The notes beneath the pieces were generated by a model. That model ran no database searches, was not told the DNA's origin, and saw only the letters and a list, made by a program, of their open reading frames with translations. Both the position numbers and the translations under genes were made by a program. Positions 61,590 through 64,000 of a stretch of DNA of 64,000 bases are shown here, one piece after another; the stretch's first letter is position 1, and every line of letters begins with the position of its first letter. Source of the stretch: a virus (lineage: Duplodnaviria > Caudoviricetes); the IMG/VR virus record IMGVR_UViG_3300021255_000122, positions 1-64,000 of that record. One strand, 5' to 3'.

Positions 61590-62084
61590 TTACAAGTTTT
61601 TACGTCGTGCATACTCTGCGATGAGGAGTCCATCAAAGTCTGTATGGTTAAAGTCTGCAAGCTGGGGAAATAATCGTTTTCCAATATCCTTACTTGCTTT
61701 CTTTTGTTCGTCAGTTCCCTTAATACCTTTTGGCAACAACATTCTCTGCCACTCCTTGCTGTCAACATAGCAATAAGGAAAGCCGAAATGCTCAATAAGG
61801 GTTAGTTCCGCTTCAAAGCAACGCAATGCCGATGTTGTAGCCTTAAACCTTGTCGGATTAACCATTGGACGTTCCATTACTACCATCGTGTTTAATGGGT
61901 CAAACTGCTTTAGAATATCGGCCAAACCATTAGCATCAACGCGCGTGATGTTATCTTTCTTCTTGGTGTAGTTTTGCTCTTTCTTTACAGGCGTGTGGAA
62001 AATCTTTGGTTCTAATCCCTCACCAACGATTCCAATAGTGCCAGTCACGCCGTTATCCACACCGATGTATGTTTTTTGTGCCAT
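61590..62084 (-). CDS. RuvC-like Holliday junction resolvase
   Basis: YIGVDNG, VVMERP, DGLLIAEY acidic catalytic set. Confidence 0.85.
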   Translation of the reverse strand: MAQKTYIGVDNGVTGTIGIVGEGLEPKIFHTPVKKEQNYTKKKDNITRVDANGLADILKQFDPLNTMVVMERPMVNPTRFKATTSALRCFEAELTLIEHFGFPYCYVDSKEWQRMLLPKGIKGTDEQKKASKDIGKRLFPQLADFNHTDFDGLLIAEYARRKNL

Positions 62085-62096
62085 ATTATTGCGTCG

Positions 62097-62513
62097 TTAA
62101 ATTATGGTTGTGAACTTTGTGAGTTTCAAACTAACAAGCGACATGTTATCATATCCTTGCCGCATATATTCCGAAATGAAAGCCTTTGCGTTATCGAATG
62201 ATTGTGCAAACAAGATAGTCTTGTATTTGATTTCTTTCTCGTTTCCCTCGTCATCGTGAAAGACATCCATAAGTTCGGCTTGCCAAATCAAATCGTCGTC
62301 GTGTTGGCAAGTGTTAAGGATTTCTTTAATCTTACTGCGCTTAACACCGACAACATCTACTTCGTTAAGGTTCAATCCTTGTCCGTATTCATAACCCGCT
62401 TCTTCTGCATCGGCAAAAGATATTGCGTTTTGTACTACAAGGTTATTTTTTACGTTTTTGTCGTTACCTTTGTTGTCAATGGCAACATGGGTTATTTGTA
62501 CTTCGTATATCAT
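62097..62513 (-). CDS. DUF4494-like protein
   Basis: GNDKNVKNNLVVQNAISFADAEE...WQAEL..GNEKEIK..LFAQSFDNA. Confidence 0.75.
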   Translation of the reverse strand: MIYEVQITHVAIDNKGNDKNVKNNLVVQNAISFADAEEAGYEYGQGLNLNEVDVVGVKRSKIKEILNTCQHDDDLIWQAELMDVFHDDEGNEKEIKYKTILFAQSFDNAKAFISEYMRQGYDNMSLVSLKLTKFTTII

Positions 62514-62515
62514 AA

Positions 62516-62989
62516 TTATTTTCTTTTAAGTTCTACTCTTGCGTTCTTTGGTATAACAATTTTTATCGGTTCTTCGTTTTCCATTATGCTTTCTTGGTGT
62601 TGCTTTATAACGCGCTTGATAATAACCCACCGTTTTGTCCATATTGGTTCGCATTCTATCATTTGCGTCATTTTAGTAATACCATTGGCAATTGTTGCCG
62701 TGGTGAAATACTTTCCGTAATATTGAGAGGAAACTTTTGCTATCTTTTCGTATGTTTCGTTTGTCATACGTCGGTATGAATACCAAAACAACCAACGTGC
62801 TTGCGCGACACTTAACGTGTTGCAGTCCGTGAGCATTTTATCCATTTCTACGTTACAAAGAGCCGAAACGAAATAAGCAAGCCAATATTGAATCTTGCTT
62901 TCGTACCCACGTAGTATTTTACAAATAGTGTCAAGCATTATTTGTTCGGCTTCCGACATTTTTTCTAATACAAAATCTTCTTCTTTCAT
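62516..62989 (-). CDS. stand-alone DnaA domain IV-like helix-turn-helix protein
   Basis: VSALCNVEMDKML...VAQARWLFWYSYRRMTNETYEKIA..TATIANGI follows the DnaA C-terminal pattern; ATGA overlap with the upstream stop. Confidence 0.55.
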   Translation of the reverse strand: MKEEDFVLEKMSEAEQIMLDTICKILRGYESKIQYWLAYFVSALCNVEMDKMLTDCNTLSVAQARWLFWYSYRRMTNETYEKIAKVSSQYYGKYFTTATIANGITKMTQMIECEPIWTKRWVIIKRVIKQHQESIMENEEPIKIVIPKNARVELKRK

Positions 62990-63417
62990 CCGCTTTGTTT
63001 CCTTTCGCATATTTCGTTAATGATAGTTTGTTGTGCCAACGGCAATCTTTCGACGTACAAGTTTAACCGTTGTTGCTTTTCCTTTCCAAGAATCTTATCC
63101 CAAACCCCTTGTATTTCGAAACGGAATCTAAGGAAAACAAATACACCTTTAAATGCAACCATATCGCCATCTATTTGTTTTTCAAGATAAGCCTCCCATT
63201 GCGGCCTTCTTTCCCTTTCGGTGTATGTTTGTGATTCGTTGTTATATTCAAGCAATTTCTTTCGTTTAAGCCAAAGATACGTCTTTCCGTCTTTCTTGAA
63301 ATATTGCCCGACAATAGGCGAGAGATTGATACCCTCGATGGTTATCTTTCCCTCGTACCTACCGCCTTGCTTGCGTTCTAAATAGCCGTTAGCATAATCA
63401 CCGTAATATTCTATCAT
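62986..63417 (-). CDS. hypothetical protein
   Basis: ORF in packed operon. Confidence 0.7.
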   Translation of the reverse strand: MIEYYGDYANGYLERKQGGRYEGKITIEGINLSPIVGQYFKKDGKTYLWLKRKKLLEYNNESQTYTERERRPQWEAYLEKQIDGDMVAFKGVFVFLRFRFEIQGVWDKILGKEKQQRLNLYVERLPLAQQTIINEICERKQSG

Positions 63418-63422
63418 TACGT

Positions 63423-64000
63423 TTACGATATTAGCATTGGCATAATCAACGAAATGTAATCATACCCGAAAGAATTTTCATCGCCCTCGGTAATAATTCC
63501 AGCGCGTGACGGGTCGGAAAGCAACAAGTTCACCTTTTCACCACTAATGTTCGTTAGCATTTGCAAAAGGGTAGAGCCTTTAAAGCCGATTGTAATTCTT
63601 TCGCCGTTGTATTCACAAGGAACGATTTCCGATGCTGCTTTTGAAAAATCAATATCTTCGGCGTTGATTTCCATTTTCCCGTCCGCAAGTTCAAGTGAAA
63701 CAAGTTCCACCGTATCGTTTGACATAGGAAGCACACGTTTCAAGGCTGAAACTAACGTTTTCTTTTCGATTACGGCTTTTTTATCGTTGTCTTTGGGTAT
63801 TACCGCGTCGTAGTTCGGGTAACGTCCTTCAAGCAATCTTGTGCAAAGTTTGAACGTGTTATTGTTTATGGAAACAAAACGTTCGTTGAACTCAATCTTA
63901 ACATCACCCGTTTGTTTGTTTAGCGCGTTCATAAGGACGTGTGACGGTTTTGTGTGTAGGGTAAATCCGTTGTCTTGTTCACCGTCGCCGTTTTTAATCG
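63423..64000 (-). CDS. dnaN: DNA polymerase III beta sliding clamp, 5'-partial (runs off the window)
   Basis: RLLEGRYPNYDAVIP, ITIGFKGSTLLQML, DPSRAGII, LIMPM; frame open to the window edge. Confidence 0.9.
   Translation of the reverse strand, partial: IKNGDGEQDNGFTLHTKPSHVLMNALNKQTGDVKIEFNERFVSINNNTFKLCTRLLEGRYPNYDAVIPKDNDKKAVIEKKTLVSALKRVLPMSNDTVELVSLELADGKMEINAEDIDFSKAASEIVPCEYNGERITIGFKGSTLLQMLTNISGEKVNLLLSDPSRAGIITEGDENSFGYDYISLIMPMLIS

Noticed and set aside
63878-63887. Exact Mpi-core match AAACGTTCGT inside dnaN
   Set aside because: Single, within coding sequence and without a partner; shows such 10-mers arise by chance.
1-64000. CRISPR array, cas genes, tRNA or rRNA genes
   Set aside because: No regularly spaced identical repeats and no tRNA T-arm/cloverleaf seen; the palindromes are dispersed and degenerate. 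A tRNAscan run would confirm.
1-64000. Genome-wide stop-codon reassignment
   Set aside because: Very long ORFs are intact under code 11, and TAG and TGA both end tightly packed genes (e.g. 18474, 27199, 20269, 23428); the TGA at 15081 is isolated.

Overview
The whole 64 kb window is part of a tailed (siphovirus-type) dsDNA phage genome infecting Bacteroidota, probably a Prevotella/Bacteroides-type gut or rumen host. Host evidence is about 13 TTTG-N19-21-TAnnTTTG-type promoters, DUF3127- and DUF4494-like genes and AT-rich 5' UTRs; no host genes are visible. Layout: (1) 1-16.7 kb, minus strand: small accessory genes, RNase H, a small serine recombinase and a MoxR-type AAA/vWA-like pair. (2) 15.2-17.9 kb: mostly non-coding, with the transcription divergence point, four IHF-consensus sites and a G-tract. 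(3) 17.9-28.9 kb, plus strand: replication and nucleotide genes (MazG-like, DUF3127, radical SAM, HNH, initiator with iterons, NUMOD4-HNH, primase-helicase, Nmad1, SSB-like). (4) 29.0-42.8 kb, minus strand: tail and head genes, including a 1941-aa tape measure and a frameshifting tail chaperone. (5) 43.0-56.2 kb, plus strand: terminase, portal, lysis genes, large tail protein and a tail fibre carrying a metallophosphoesterase domain. (6) 56.3-59.8 kb: self-contained cassette of unknown function. (7) 59.9-64 kb, minus strand: RuvC-like resolvase, DnaA-domain-IV-like protein and a truncated beta clamp. The strongest unexplained signals are non-coding: a covarying three-way-junction/pseudoknot RNA motif ahead of two unrelated homing endonucleases; two large structured RNA candidates (about 330 and 440 nt); and 8-9 dispersed ~70-bp palindromes with DnaA-box-like cores. 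All protein and RNA calls are from motif recognition by eye; no database search or folding program was run.
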